A stretch of DNA of 64,000 bases from Phycisphaerae bacterium (GTDB taxonomy: Bacteria > Planctomycetota > Phycisphaerae > Phycisphaerales > SM1A02): the NCBI GenBank assembly GCA_002709295.1, contig PAQL01000012.1:171717-235716 (forward strand), in the 5' to 3' direction. Each line of letters opens with the position of its first letter. The first letter of the stretch is position 1. The notes beneath the pieces are model-generated. The model ran no database searches and was not told the DNA's origin. It saw only the letters and a program-made list of their open reading frames with translations. The translations under genes were made by a program, and so were the position numbers. Positions 63,439 to 64,000 of this stretch are shown here, piece after piece.

Positions 63439-64000
63439 TCAGCGGCCGAGGTTGACGACGGTCTGGAGGGTCTCGTCCGCGGCGTTGAACGACTGGCTGT
63501 TCATCTCGAAGGCCCGCTGGGTGCGGATGAGATCGACCAGTTCGGTGACCGCATTGACGTTCGATCCCTCGTAGACCCCGCTCTGAAGACCACCCGCGCC
63601 GACCCCGGGATCACCCGGATCACCGGTGTTGGGCTGTCCGGATGCGAAGGTCTCGAGCAGGATGTTCTGACCGTACTGCTCCATGCCCGCCGGGTTCTGG
63701 AAGACCGCGAGCTCGATGCGTCCGGCCAGCTCGGTGTTCTGGCTGTTGGGATCGCGGTAGTAGACGGATCCGTCGTTGCCGATCGTGACGTTGGAGGCGT
63801 TGGGCGGAATCTGGATCGCGGGCTCCAGTCGGTAGCCGACATCCGGCCCGACCACGAGCTCACCATCGGCGTTCAGCTTGAACTGGCCGTTGCGGGTGTA
63901 GCCGATGCCGGTGGGACTGAGATCGCCCATGTCGATCTGGAAGAAACCGTTGCCCTGGATCATGACATCGAGTTCCCCACCGGGAATCGGGGCACCCTGT
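63439..64000 (-). CDS. flgG: flagellar basal-body rod protein FlgG, C-terminal part (gene continues past window end)
   Basis: ...LDVMIQGNGFFQI..., LAVFQNPAGMEQYGQN, LQSGVYEGSNVNAVTELVDLIRTQRAFEMNSQ. The frame stays open to position 64000. Confidence 0.9.
   Translation of the reverse strand, partial: QGAPIPGGELDVMIQGNGFFQIDMGDLSPTGIGYTRNGQFKLNADGELVVGPDVGYRLEPAIQIPPNASNVTIGNDGSVYYRDPNSQNTELAGRIELAVFQNPAGMEQYGQNILLETFASGQPNTGDPGDPGVGAGGLQSGVYEGSNVNAVTELVDLIRTQRAFEMNSQSFNAADETLQTVVNLGR

Overview
High-GC (by eye about two-thirds G+C) chromosomal segment with a Planctomycetota/PVC-type gene set: a PVC-type heme-binding CxxCH dehydrogenase, a planctomycete cytochrome-c/DUF1592-type protein, a sulfatase, LL-DAP aminotransferase DapL, dockerin-like repeats and flagellar basal-body genes. 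I support 52 protein-coding genes (two run off the window edges), one tRNA-Lys(UUU), four hairpin terminator regions (five hairpins) and one short coding tandem repeat. Most genes are housekeeping: purE/purK, purS-L/purQ, carB, dapL, trpC/trpS, zwf/pgl, radA, ruvA/ruvX, nfo, queF, rlmE, nuoH, flgG/flgA/flgH. I found no rRNA, CRISPR array, transposase, prophage or toxin-like module, and no compact multi-gene block that I can defend as a discrete new system. The best leads are: (1) three tandem porin-like outer-membrane paralogues with a shared coiled-coil N-terminus and signs of recent duplication; (2) an SNF2 ATPase translationally coupled to a cysteine-free (degenerate) SWIM-like partner beside the tRNA; (3) a tricorn-type protease with a roughly 190-aa insertion flanked by polyacidic linkers; (4) a 290-aa orphan protein next to purEK; (5) a leaderless protein with four dockerin/EF-hand-like repeats; (6) an orphan beta-class DNA methyltransferase. 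Many very long ORFs in the track are antisense shadows of real genes, as expected in high-GC DNA, and were rejected. All family assignments rest on motif recognition by eye; no database search was run.
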